Origin: the human T2T-CHM13v2.0 reference genome, Homo sapiens
Assembly (NCBI RefSeq): GCF_009914755.1
Contig: NC_060927.1
Direction: 5' to 3' (one strand)
Length of the DNA: 64,000 bases
Under the pieces are notes generated by a model. That model had not been told where the DNA came from. It was given only the letters and a program-made list of their open reading frames with translations, and made no database searches. Shown piece by piece: positions 18,720 through 30,460 of this stretch (positions within the stretch are counted from its first letter, which is position 1; every line of letters begins with the position of its first letter). The translations under genes and the position numbers were made by a program.

Positions 18720-18890
18720 TCCTGGGATTCTTAATCCTGATTTTATACACATCAGAATCTCTTATGGAACTTCCAAACATGCACATTTTTAGGTCTTACC
18801 CAACACCTCCAGGTAGGGGGTTGGGAAACCTTGGCTTTTGCTTATTTATATATTCAGCTTTCCAGCAGATTCTGAGGCATAGCCCTTCAG
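18720..18890. mobile_element. MER5-like hAT fragment
   Basis: GATTCTTAATCCTG...CATCAGAATCTC...CAGATTCTGAGGCA motifs. Confidence 0.45.
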
Positions 18891-19529
18891 AGCCACACCA
18901 TAGGCCTAGAATGAGTAGGCTGTGCTTGGCAGGATTGGAGAAGGCCAGAGAAGTTGCAGAAGAGCCTCAGGCTGGTGCTTGGAAGAGAGCATAGGCACGA
19001 GGTTGGCTCTGTTGCCCAGCATCACCAACGACACTGCAAGAACCTTCTTCTTCACTGTGCCTGGGAGTTTTAAAAATCATTTTCCTTGCTTCCAGCCCCC
19101 AGCCCAATTCCTCACACAGAGTTGGTACTCCAGCATGCTTGACAAATGACTACACAAATGCTTCATTCTCTCCATAGCTCATAACACAGGAAATTTAGGG
19201 TGTAGACTGAAAGGGTGTGACTGACATCTGGAGAGCAATATTCTGTAGTCAATGAAAGAATGGGAAGGAGCAGAATTTTCTGAATGGCTGAACACCAGAC
19301 CTTCCTGCATGTCATTTCATTCCTTCTCAAGACTGCCCTCCAAAGTAACTTCCGTTACACACACTGAACAAACGAGCAGCTGGGGTTCAGCAAATTTGCA
19401 TATCCTGCTCACAGTCACAGGGCTAGTGTGGGAAAGGCCAGAATTGCCACCTATCTATCTGACACAAAGCCCATGCCCTTTCTGCTTTATACGCTGTGTC
19501 TCTGGATTATAGAATAGTCTTTGTCAGAA

Positions 19530-20487
19530 CAGCACCATTCAATGGAAATATAAGACAAGCCACAAATGTGAACCACATATGTCATTTTAAATTTTCTAAT
19601 AGCCATATTAAAAAGATAAAAAGAACAGATGAAACTAATTTTAATGATATTTAACCTAACATAACCAAATTATTATCATTTAAACATGCAGTCAATTAAA
19701 AAATCTCAAGAAGCTATTTTACATTATTTTCTTCATGCTAAGTTTTCTTTTTTCTTTTTTTTTTCTAACATAAGATCTTTTTAAAATTTTTTCTTATTAT
19801 TATTATACTTTAAGTTTTAGGGTACATGTGCACAATGTGCAGGTTAGTTACATATGTATACATGTACCATGCTGGTGTGCTGCACCCATTAACTCGTCAT
19901 TTAGCATTAGGTATATCTCCTAATGCTATCCCTCCCCCCTCCCCCCACCCCACCACAGTCCCCAGAGTGTGATGTTCCCCTTCCTGTGTCCATGTGTTCT
20001 CATTGTTCAATTCCTACCTATGAGTGAGAATATGCGGTGTTTGTTTTTTTGTTCTTGCGATAGTTTACTGAGAATGATGATTTCCAATTTCATCCATGTC
20101 CCTACAAAGGACATGAACTCATCATATTTTATGGCTGCCTAGTATTCCATGGTGTATATGTGCCACACTTTCTTAATCCAGTCTATCATTGTTGGACATT
20201 TGGGTTGGTTCCAAGTCTTTGCTATTGTGAATAGTGCCGCAATAAACATATGTGTGCATGTGTCTTTATAGCAGCATGATTTATAGTCCTTTGGGTATAT
20301 ACCCAGCAATGGGATGGCTGGGTCAAATGGTATTTCTAGTTCTAGATCCCTGACGAATCCCCACACTGACTTCTTCATGCTAAGCTTTCAAAATCTGGTG
20401 TGTATGCCACATTGACAGCACATCTCAATTAGGACCAGCCACATTTCAAGTGGGACATGTAGCTCATGGGGGCTAGATGGACAGTAG
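19530..20487 (-). mobile_element. MER33 (hAT-Charlie), split by an L1PA3 insertion
   Basis: The two halves (CCACATATGTCATTTTAAATTTTCTAATAGCCA... and ...CAGCACATCTCAATTAGGACCAGCCACATTTCAAGTG) rejoin across the L1 TSD. Confidence 0.8.
19743..20370 (-). mobile_element. 5'-truncated L1PA3 3' end
   Basis: 3'UTR diagnostics on the minus strand (AATGCTAAATGACGAG, CCAGCATGG, AACTAACC). TSD TTCTTCATGCTAAG at 19729-19742 and 20371-20384. Confidence 0.92.
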
Positions 20488-20614
20488 TACAAATCTAGAC
20501 AATTACTTGTGCTATGAGGGCATTTACTTGGGTTAATGTGGGAGAACATGTTGTTGGTAACTCAGGAAGAGATGACACTCTGAAGGGCAATTAGGCAGTT
20601 TGGTGCCAAGAAAA

Positions 20615-21230
20615 TATGTTCATTTATTTCATAAACTACTGAGTACCTACTTCATGCCAGACACTGTTCTAGGCCCTGGGGTAGAGAGGTGAACAAATCC
20701 AAGTGCTTTCACTAATGGAGTCTACATTCTAGGAGAGAAGACAGACAATAAGCAAATAAACACATAACGTAAGTGATTTGAGAAAAATGATGTCAGAAAG
20801 CAGATAGAATGTGGCAAGGGCTGTTGTTGATGCATTAACAAGGAGAGGTCTTTCTAAGGAAATGATATTTGAGAAGCGACTGAATGAAGCCAACATAGGA
20901 ATATCTAAGGAAAGGGTGTTTTTGGCAGAAGGAACCTGAAGATGGCAACAGGCTTTGTATATTCTGGGAGTAGCAAGGCCAGGCCAGTGTTGGAGGAAAG
21001 GGCTGATGGTGAGGAAAAAAGACTCAAGAATGAGAATGGAGTTGGCTCATGTGAGGGTTCATACGGTGGGGTAAGGACTGTTCAAGTGTGGTGGGAAGTC
21101 TTCATAGAGTTTTGAGTCAGGGAGTGGGGTGCTGTGATCTACATATTCTGTAAAGGGTAATTCTGGCCACCGTATAAAGAATAAAATGGGGTTAGAGTAG
21201 CATAGGGTGGGCAATGACAGGTTGTTACTG
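20615..21230 (-). mobile_element. L2a fragment
   Basis: TTCATTTATTTC...GAGTACCTACTTCATGCCAGACACTGTTCTAGG is the antisense L2 3' end. Confidence 0.75.
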
Positions 21231-21754
21231 CAGGAAATGTGTCAAGCTCTGAGGAATATGTCCAGCTATATTGAAAAAAGGATGAGCGAACAATGGACAA
21301 GATTCAATTCTCATGGTACAGCTATCCTAAGTGCTGGTTTATATGGTATATAGACACAAGGTGATAATCAGAGAGCATTTCTCACATTACACAGTTGAAT
21401 GATAGGAAATGAATTACCAAGACAGGAACCCAGACAGAGAATTATATGAGGGCCAATTGCCAAAGCTAGGGTAGGATGGCTTCCAGAAGACAAGAATTTG
21501 ATCAGGAACCCAGAAATGCCAGACCCTGCCTTAGCCCAGCCACTTCTCTTCTCTCAGAGGGGCCCAAGGAAGGCTGAATTACAAAAAAATGATATGTGGG
21601 AAGTAAGAGTAGTACTTCATTGTTATTGACCTTGTATTAAAAGCTTCAGTTTAGAGATACTGGGTTAAAAATGGTGCAAGAGTCATGAAAGGGCGGTTCC
21701 CCTCTCTTAGGCACAAATCTTGGAATCTTACAAAAACAGATGAGAGCAGCCCTT

Positions 21755-21960
21755 TAATAGAATGTAAGCTTTTTAAGGGCTGGGATCCTATCTTGTTTAT
21801 AGCCATATCCCCAGAGATACAACATCTAATACATATTCAATATTTGTTGCGTCCATCCACCCATTCCTTTGACAACTCCTACATCTAATGAACATTTTGA
21901 CCAGGCACTGGGCTACAGCAGGGAGGAGACATGGCCATTGCATTCTGAATTCATAGTCTG
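21755..21960. mobile_element. Two tail-to-tail L2 3' fragments
   Basis: A sense end (TAGAATGTAAGCT...CAATATTTGTTG) abuts an antisense end (...CCAGGCACTGGGCT). Confidence 0.5.
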
Positions 21961-22860
21961 CCATCAGAAACAGCCTTTCACTACAGGATGGTGAGTTCTT
22001 TGTAGAGGAGGGACAGCTTGCTCTGAAAGCATGAAAGACGATTCTCAAATCCAAGGCAAGGAAGGGTGGGGAGCCTCCCCTGAGGCAATGGTGCCTGCCC
22101 AGATCTGTGTTGGGTTTAGAGTGGGAGATTTCTGGCATTTGTAGACAGTAAAGATACACTCTGTTGGTAAACTGGCTGGCATGTAGGTAGCTTGAATGCA
22201 GAACTGAATATTTAGAATGATAGAATGATGATTAGTTGGCAAATTTAAATGGTGATATAGCCTCATTAATATGTATAACCTATGCTTTTCCTAAATTTGG
22301 TAAAATCAAAAGCAGGAATATATGCTCATTTTTAAAACTCTACATTCATACCATTCATTTGTGTAATATGGCATCTAATACCTGATTATCATAATTTTAC
22401 CTAAATAATGAATAAATTAGACAGGGGAAAAATTAAAACCTTTCATATTAGACACAATTGTAATTCTTTTACTGTAACATTCACAGTTAAATTCTTAATT
22501 AAGCTTGTATGCTTCTTTTACAGAAATACATTTTGTAGATACAGTTAATTTTTTAGTATTTGCATCCATGAGAGGAAAGAGCAGCATAGATAATTCCCCA
22601 AAACCAAAGTTTAAAATCCTTTTCCGCTGAGCTGTGTCTATCCTGTACAATGACTGATATTTGCTTTCCTAAATGATGCTCTTTATGGGATAATATTAAC
22701 ATATGTTTGTATATTGAGAAAAGAAAATAACTGATATAAATCAGCGGAGAGAATATGGTAGGGGCTGAGTGATGGAGAAGTCTTGTGGGATTGAGTTTTT
22801 TTAGTGATAATGTGTAATTGCCTAGCCTACACATCATAAGTTGAAATAGAAGATGGTAGT

Positions 22861-23004
22861 TTTCTCTCCCCTCTCTCCCTCCCTCCCTCCCTCCCTTCCT
22901 TCCTTCCTCCCTCCCTCCCTCCTCCCTTCCTCCCTCCCTTCCTCCCTCCCTTCGTCCCTCCCTTCGTCCCTTCTTGCTTCCCTCACTTCCTCCTTCTTTC
23001 CTTC
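22861..23004. repeat. Polypyrimidine (CCCT/CCTT)n simple repeat
   Basis: Directly visible. Confidence 0.95.
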
Positions 23005-24107
23005 TGTAACCACAATTTATGTATTATATTTCCCAAAATGTTGTGTAAACAAAGACACATGAATCCATCCAAGTTCAGGTAAAACCTTAACAATAAACTT
23101 GGGGAAGCAGTTTATCAATATGATCATCTCTGTGGGAACTAAATACTCCAGCCCATTTCTAGTCTAAAATCCTCTAGGCACATGATCATAAACTTGACGA
23201 GGATAGTCTCTTGCTGTGCATATGTTGATACCTAATACAATATTTTTTTTGAAAATTACAGAGAATTCAGCAAGCATCTTCAGTCATGGAAGGACATTTT
23301 GCAATATTTGTTGCTGTCATCATCATAAAGATTACAAATGATCTATTTCCCTGCCACTCAGTGTGTATCTTCTAGGATCAAACATCAAACCAAAGATGGC
23401 AGAAATGCATTCAGAGCCTCATTTTATGACTTTACTTTGCTTATTGCATTTCTTTTCTTGGAAATGTAATTGCTTTAGAATTACTGGGATCATGGGAAAA
23501 GCATGCCATCAAGAAAGTAAGCGATTGAGTGGGGGAAAAGTAATAAAGTCAATTTATTTAAGTTTGACAGAAATCTTGGGGTTTTCTGATCCACAACTTC
23601 TGGGTAATTGCTTCAGACTTTGCAAAGTCAAAGGGAATATTTTCATTCATTTGTTGTTGCTATTGCTGTTCAAAACACACAACAGGTAGGCCTAGTGCAT
23701 TACCAGAAGACTAGAAATCATTGGAATAATATGACATCTGTGAACACAACTATATAATCCAATCATCACAGACATATAATTGAGTTTGGTTGTGAAAAAA
23801 TAAATGAAGAAGGAAAATAATTGTTCAAGGTAACAAATACTAAACAGACATTAAATTAAGCCAAACTTCTCTTTCATTTCAACAACAGCAATCTTAAATC
23901 CTATTTAGCTCATAAACATTTAACAAAATATTTTTTTAGTAGTTGTACAAGATATCATAAAAGTTGCAAAGCATTTTCTCTTGGGCATGAGGTGTACACT
24001 TCTGAGAATAAAAGCATGTAGATGTATACACACACACATTCACACACTGGAAATCTCATCCTTTTTATTCTTTTGGCACTATGTAAATGCAAAGATGTAG
24101 ACTTAGT

Positions 24108-24526
24108 TGGGTTCCAAGCTAGGTTTCTTTGATTGCAAGTAACAAAAATGGATTTTGGCTAATGTAACCAAGCAGAAATGTGTTGGAAGGAATGGGATTG
24201 CTTACAGAATCAGTGGGAGGCTGAAGAAGAAGCCTTGGAAAAGGGCAAGAATCAAGGCATTTCTAGTTTACAGGAATTATTTTGCAGCAGCATCAGTGTG
24301 CAAAGGCTCCCTGAGTGAGCCCCAACCATTTTCATTCTACTCAATCCTTGGTTTAAATTAAGATTCCTGGAAGGGAGCATTCAATGACCTATTTACTCAA
24401 AAGTTCATCCTTGGAAGGAGAGAGTAGGATACTTCCATCAACTGTCCCACCAGGCTATATCCAATGGAGGAGGGTGGGTCCCTACAAGGATGGACACTGT
24501 GTAGCCAAAAACAGCAGACCCATACA
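24108..24526 (-). mobile_element. Old MLT1 (M/N-like) LTR
   Basis: TTGATTGCAAGTAACAAAAA...GGCTAATGTAAC start and GCCAAAAACAGCAGACCCATACA end. Confidence 0.6.
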
Positions 24527-24639
24527 GTCAATGGTGTGAGGGTGAGTAAGTTTTATTCACCTTAACCCTGAGTGATGATCCTAACACTGAGTGGAGAAAT
24601 GACCATCTCCTTTTAGACTATTTCCAAAGTACAAACAGA

Positions 24640-24830
24640 ACTTGGCATGATGTCATGAGCTTCTGCTGGGATCTGATGACTGGGTCTCATACTACTCAGT
24701 TTTGTGACTTTTTGCAACACTCTTATTCTCATTGCATCTTAGTTTCCCCATCTTACATATCTCACAAACTTATCATAGATACCAAGAGCAATCTATATTA
24801 AAGTATATGAAAGCACTTTGTGAAAGCTTA
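24640..24830 (+). mobile_element. MIR fragment
   Basis: CTTAGTTTCCCCATCT core; TATATGAAAGCACTTTG. Confidence 0.55.
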
Positions 24831-26689
24831 CAGTGGTTTCCAAATGTTCCTGTGAGTTTGAGAATCCTCTAGCAGTGACTGCAAGAGCCTAAAGAGAGAC
24901 ACAGAAACGTAGGAGAAGGTCTGAGGTCCTGAGCATTCCCTGGGTAATGAGATCAATGTCCACCCCATGGATGTGCGTCCCTGACAGATGAGATGCGTGA
25001 AATGCTATCTACCCACCAGACTTAGGCCATACCTTATAAAGCAAAGTCTTCGCTTTCCTCTTTCTAAAACAATGTTCTGTGTTGCTGGTTCCCAGCAGTC
25101 TGCAAGCTTCAGGAATCTGCCTGGATTTTTGGTTCTTAAATGATAAATGAGAAACATACACAGAGAGGTCATACTTTATTGGAGAAATATGTTCTTATAT
25201 AATTCAAAATTCACCTATTCAAAGAATAATATCAGCCAAAAATGGGAGGGTGTTTGTTTGCCAGCTAAATGAGCGTTCCCATGTAGCCCTACTGTAAACT
25301 CTGTTTACAGTTCACTTGCCTTCTTTATGCTGAGATTAAATTATGTGATTGCCAACAAAATTTAATTGGGTAGGAGGAGGTTACATTATTTCAAATTTTG
25401 TACATTAAGAGAGGCTCAAAATATTATATGTCACATAATCTTGAATTCATGTAATTTATGCAATGTGGTGTCACTATAATTTAGGACGTTATAATACTCA
25501 TCCTTTCTACAATACCCCAACACACTACCACTGTCAAATGTATGCTATTTAGTAAATGTATAAGGAGGAACCTAGTGAGGCTTGGGTACTATAATGTACA
25601 TTTCACCTTAGCCCACCTATAGAAAATTTTGGTTTTAGTAAAATTGGGCACTGGTGTCAGATGGCTATGTCCTGTTTTCACACAGGCCAACTCTTATGAA
25701 TTGAATGAAGTTTTCATTTCCACACTGGGCCGGTTTCTCAGTAGTGAAATGAGTTTCTCTGCTTTTGCTGAGGGGTTGAGCAATACAAGTCCAGGGAGAA
25801 AACCTCACCCAGATTTCCTTGGTTAGTTTCAAGGAAGCCTTCACACTAAGAAAGGCATTGCGATAGGGCTGACCGAGAAAACACTGAAAGTGTGTGGAAG
25901 GATGCAGTACCCACCCTGCTAATGTAGCCCTGGGCATTGGCCCATGGGGTCCTTGCAACAAGGCTTTGAAGTCCTCATGTTCATTCTTGTTAATAAGGCA
26001 ACTGAGGCCCCTAAAAGTCAACCCACTGCCCAAAGTCATACTGCTGGTACACAGTGAAGCTGGGCCCACTGCAAAACTGTATCATCCTGCACAAGCAACC
26101 CAGGTTCTCCTTAGAAGGCAAGACCTTTAAGCCATTTTATACAGGAGCCCCTGGAACATTTTCTCTTGTTTTCTCTAATATGCTCTCCCTTCCATATCTT
26201 TTCATGCTATTTTCTAAAAACAATTCTCAGTGCTCTACCCACCAAATTCATTTTTTTTCAAGGAATGATTAGGTGTTTTGTCAAATAAATAAACAAACCC
26301 CTAGGACTCTGTATGAGGTAAAGGAAAAGCATTACATTCCAAAAAGAGGTGGCTATACAAATTACCTGAAAAATGTTTAATAGGACAATAGGATAATTCT
26401 TGGATGAATATACATCTTTCAAGTGAAATGCTGTTTTGTGTAGTTATGTGAGCATGGCATAGATGAATTATGAAATAATTTTCTAGATTCCCCTGCCTAT
26501 ATCCTTGGCTCTAACTGGAATCTTTCCTCCAACTTCGTTCATCTCTCTTCTTTTTTTGCGTGTGTATCAGTATGACCTTGCCTAACGTTGCACTGGGAAC
26601 TTAATAAATGAAGCTATTCTTCTGTTATTCATGATATTGTCCACCCAGGTTCTATCGCTTCCTGAAATAAAAATAGTCTCTTACAGTGG

Positions 26690-26900
26690 TCTGGAGGTTT
26701 ATTGTCTACAAAGCACTTTCTGCCTATCTGATCTCATTGTGGCATCTCAGTGCCCTTTGGCTTAGAGATAGAGTGAATATCACCCCTTTCTTATGGATTA
26801 GAAGCTTGAATTGCAAGATATTTTGAGGCTTGCCAGGGGCAGGAGAGCTGATATCCATGCCCATGTCACTTGATTAGATGCCCTCTGTTCTTTTCCTTTT
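26690..26900 (-). mobile_element. MIR fragment
   Basis: ACAAAGCACTTTC...ATCTCATT...GAGGCTTGCCAGG. Confidence 0.45.
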
Positions 26901-28699
26901 GCCACACTGCTTTTCCCCAGGGACACTCCTTGGATGCTGCCCACTTCTCCCCAGGTCTGTATTACGGGGCTTGGAATATCCACAAACGAATGTGACCTGA
27001 AGTAGAATCCTAGTAACAACTGCCATCCCAGGCGGTGCCTGCTCTTCCCCTTAATGGCATAATTATTTGTATCTAAGTGCTGCTCTGCAACCAAAGCCTA
27101 GTGTCCAAATGGCAATTCACTGAATCTAAAACTCAGGAGTGGTCAGTTGCCATCATGCTCCAACCCTCTTTACATCTTAACTCACTGCTCTAGAGAAGAA
27201 GTTTTGTGTAGCCTTCTAACCAGAACCTACTGACAACACATGCAGGCCCTGCTGTAATTAAGTATTGATTTCATGTGATGTGTGTATACAGAGGAGGCTC
27301 ATCTCATTTGTGGGCTGCTGTTATCTGTCAGTAGAACAAAATGTGTGATTATCAGTGGATGTCCTGTGGCTATCTATGGCATACTATAACCTCTCATCCA
27401 TCTAATCGTAGAGACATTATGGTACGCCACTCAAGAGTGGGCCATTTGTCTTAACACGGCCCCTGCTGCAGTTGGCCTGCTTTTGTTCCCAGAAATAGCT
27501 GCACAGATTCTTCACTGAAACACCTTCTTAGTTCCAATTTGGTGCTGCCAGAATGGAGACCTAGCAAGGTCCATCCATGATAATGTAATATGGCTGTGAC
27601 TTCAAATAAATGGAACACCAGGCATTATTCCTCTTCTGCTTTCTTTGAGGCAGTCACACCTCCTGACATTATTCTGGTTACCTTGCTGAACCCAGGAGAA
27701 GGGAACAAGTAATTGTGGATGGAACAAAGTTCACCTTATAAACATTGTCAGGAAATGCTGGAGGTTCTTGAGTCCGCCATCATCTTTATGCAGCATTCAT
27801 GGCTCCCAGGCTGAACTGAGAATGCTCTGCTTTTTAGATTTGAGGGGGAAGCTATATTGGGTCAGAAAGGGGCTTCATGCCCACTATGGGAATGAGAGCC
27901 TGAGGAATTGAATTCTGAGTCTTTCTTAATTGTGTGATTTCTCTTTCTGCTTGACAGTTTCATCTCTACTGAGCCACTGGCTGTCTTTACTAGGAACTTT
28001 CTCCTAACAGCAGAATGAGAGTTTCTAAATAAAGACATGAACTTTTTGTGTAGGTGTCTTTGCTTATTTGGCATTTTCCATCTTGGGGTGGGAGGTTGGA
28101 TGGAATAGCTTTCGTAGGTAGTGCTTTTGCTGTCCCTACTTGCTCAAAATATCGGCCTGGGGTATCAAGAACTGAACCAATTAAAAAATCTTGTTTCCTG
28201 TGCTGGTGCTCTTTCCTTTAACACAGTGGTTTTCTCTCTTACCTACTGCTACCCAAAGTTATTTCCATTAGGTGTTTCTTTCCTGCTGCCATGTAAAAAG
28301 ATTAAAAATAGTATTGTAGACAGACTGAATTTAGGGGGAAATTTTTCGGTCCTGTGCACCATTGTGGATTATGTCTTTGAAGCTCACACTGAACTCCTCA
28401 AGCTCCATTTTAAGTGTCATTTTATCACATCCCATTCACTTGAGTCCAGAGTCCTGAGCTAGGGAATGGCAGATAATTGCCAATCCCACCATGAAAGTGT
28501 TATCTGCATATTAAACACGTCACTCAGGAATCCAGTGAATGAGTCAGAGACAAAAGTTTAAAATAAGATCATCATTCTTGCAGGTCCTCCTTCCATACAT
28601 TGCAGCAGGAGTCTGTTAGGGACCATATCGAAAAATAGAATTGCAGAAATCAAGTATGTTTCTTTCAGTACCTCTAGGTGGGGAGTGGAGGGTCAGTAG

Positions 28700-28900
28700 G
28701 AGAGAAAATATAGGCTTTGGGTTGAGAGGGATCTGGGTTCGATTTCCCAGCTCTGTGATATTAAACAAATCAATCACTCATCCCTAAGGAGTCTCAGTCT
28801 TCTCATCTATAGAACATGGGCAAAATACTGATCTTGCTGGTCAGGAAGATTAAACAGGCATCACCCGTAAAGCCACCTAGCTCATGCCACGCATAGAGGC
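28700..28900 (+). mobile_element. MIR fragment
   Basis: CTGGGTTCGATTTCCCAGCTCTG...GTCTCAGTCTTCTCATCTATAGAA. Confidence 0.65.
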
Positions 28901-29119
28901 ATCCGGTGGCACATTGCCCTCAACACTGGGTGAATACCATTTTGAGTTAATTACAGCTCTGATTTCACAGACCATTTCCAAAGTTTAATTGTATTTCTTT
29001 CATGCAGTCATTTGAACTATCTACAGCGCGTTTCTTGTAGGTTACACCTGGCTACTGGAAGACGTCCTAGGTGATTGTTCAAAGGGGCCCATTGAGAGGT
29101 GAGTGATGAGGCTGGTGAG

Positions 29120-29300
29120 AATTCTGTGGTGTGCTTAAGAGTCTTCTGGGCATTTGCTAAATCTAGTCAGATTCTAGGACTCAACCCCAGAGAATCTGAT
29201 ACAGCGTTTGAAGAGGGGACTCTGAAATTTGCACAATGAAGGTTCTCCTCAGGTACTTACAATGTAGAGGCCTTTCGCACTAGACTTCAAAACACACTGC
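29120..29300. mobile_element. MER5A-like hAT MITE
   Basis: CAGATTCTAGGACTCAACCCCAGAGAATCTGAT...GAAATTTGCA...AAACACACTG. Confidence 0.6.
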
Positions 29301-29337
29301 CAGAAACATGCCCACAGAAGAACCGCTAACGACTTAG

Positions 29338-30134
29338 TGATATGGAAGGGGGGCAGAGAGGTGCTGGGAAGAAAAGGACATGGTCCCTGGTGAGGGTTCC
29401 ACCCCCGGCCGGTGCCCACGGACCTAGGTGAGAAGAGGGACTCCTGCATTTGTGGCCAAATATTGCATTTCCCAGGACCACCCTGGCCTGCCACACTGTC
29501 ATCCTGTGCCTATAAAAACCTAGAAACCCTAGCAGGCAGACACAAAGGTGGCTGGACGTCAAGAGGAGCACATCAGCAGAGGAACACATGGGTGGCTGGA
29601 TGTCGAGAGGAATGCACCAGTGTAGCACAACACCAGCACACTGGCAGGCCATCGACTGGCAGAACAATGCGGAGTGTGGCTGAGGTGGTTGGAAAAGAGT
29701 CGGGCGGCCAAGCGGCCGTACTCCACGGGAAAACCATCTCCCTTCTGGCTCCTCCATCTGCTGAGAGCTACTTCCATGCAATAAAACCTTGCATTCATTC
29801 TCCAAGCCCATGTATGATCCGATTCTTCTGGTACACCAAGGCAAGAATCCCAGGATACAGAAAGCCCTCTGTCCTTGTGATAAGACAGGGGTCTAATTGA
29901 GCTGACTAACACAAGCCACCTATGGATGGCTAAACTAAAACAGCACCCTGTAATACACACCCACTGGGGCTTCAGCTGTAAACATTCACCGCTGGACACT
30001 GCCGTTAGGTTGGGGCCCCACAGCCTGCCCGTCTGTGTGCTTCCCTAGAGGTTTGAGTGGCAGGGCACTGAAGAAGCGAGCCACACCCCCATCGCACGCC
30101 CTGCAAGGGGGACAAGGGAACTTTTCCTGTTTCA
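29338..30134 (+). mobile_element. ERV1 LTR1-family solo LTR (~797 bp)
   Basis: TG...CA termini, 4-bp TSD TTAG/CTAG, TATAAAAA at 29511, AATAAA at 29780, and the motifs GCCCACGGACCTAGGTGAG and GGCTGGACGTCAAGAGGAGCACA. Confidence 0.82.
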
Positions 30135-30185
30135 CTAGGATTGACCACTGGGAAAATGCCACTCATGGGAGATGAGACAGCAGCC

Positions 30186-30233
30186 ATCCAGTCACCAGAG
30201 AGCTGTGATATCCAGTCACCAGAGAGCTGCGAT
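30186..30233. repeat. 24-bp tandem duplication
   Basis: ATCCAGTCACCAGAGAGCTG(T/C)GAT x2. Confidence 0.95.
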
Positions 30234-30239
30234 ATGGAC

Positions 30240-30460
30240 AAGCATGGGATTTGTCCTGGAGCCCCAGGGGTCAAAACAGAGCCTGATGGGTAGAAATTCC
30301 AGGGAGCAAATTTCCATTTAATATAGATGAGTGCTTTTCTAAGAATTAAAGGTGTCCAAGTGTGGCCTATGTAGCTCCAGGGGAAATGAACCTTCCAACT
30401 CAGGAGAAATTTAAATTTGTCTGTCTGAGTGACCTCTGGGAATTTTATAGAGAGGAGATT
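30240..30460 (+). mobile_element. L3/CR1-like fragment
   Basis: GGGTAGAAATTCCAGGGAGCAAATTTCCATTTAATATAG...CTTTTCTAAGAATTAAAG motif. Confidence 0.45.

Noticed and set aside
29249-30274. Overlapping ORFs of 81-172 aa
   Set aside because: They lie within a GC-rich solo LTR with few stop codons and show no gag, pol or env similarity.
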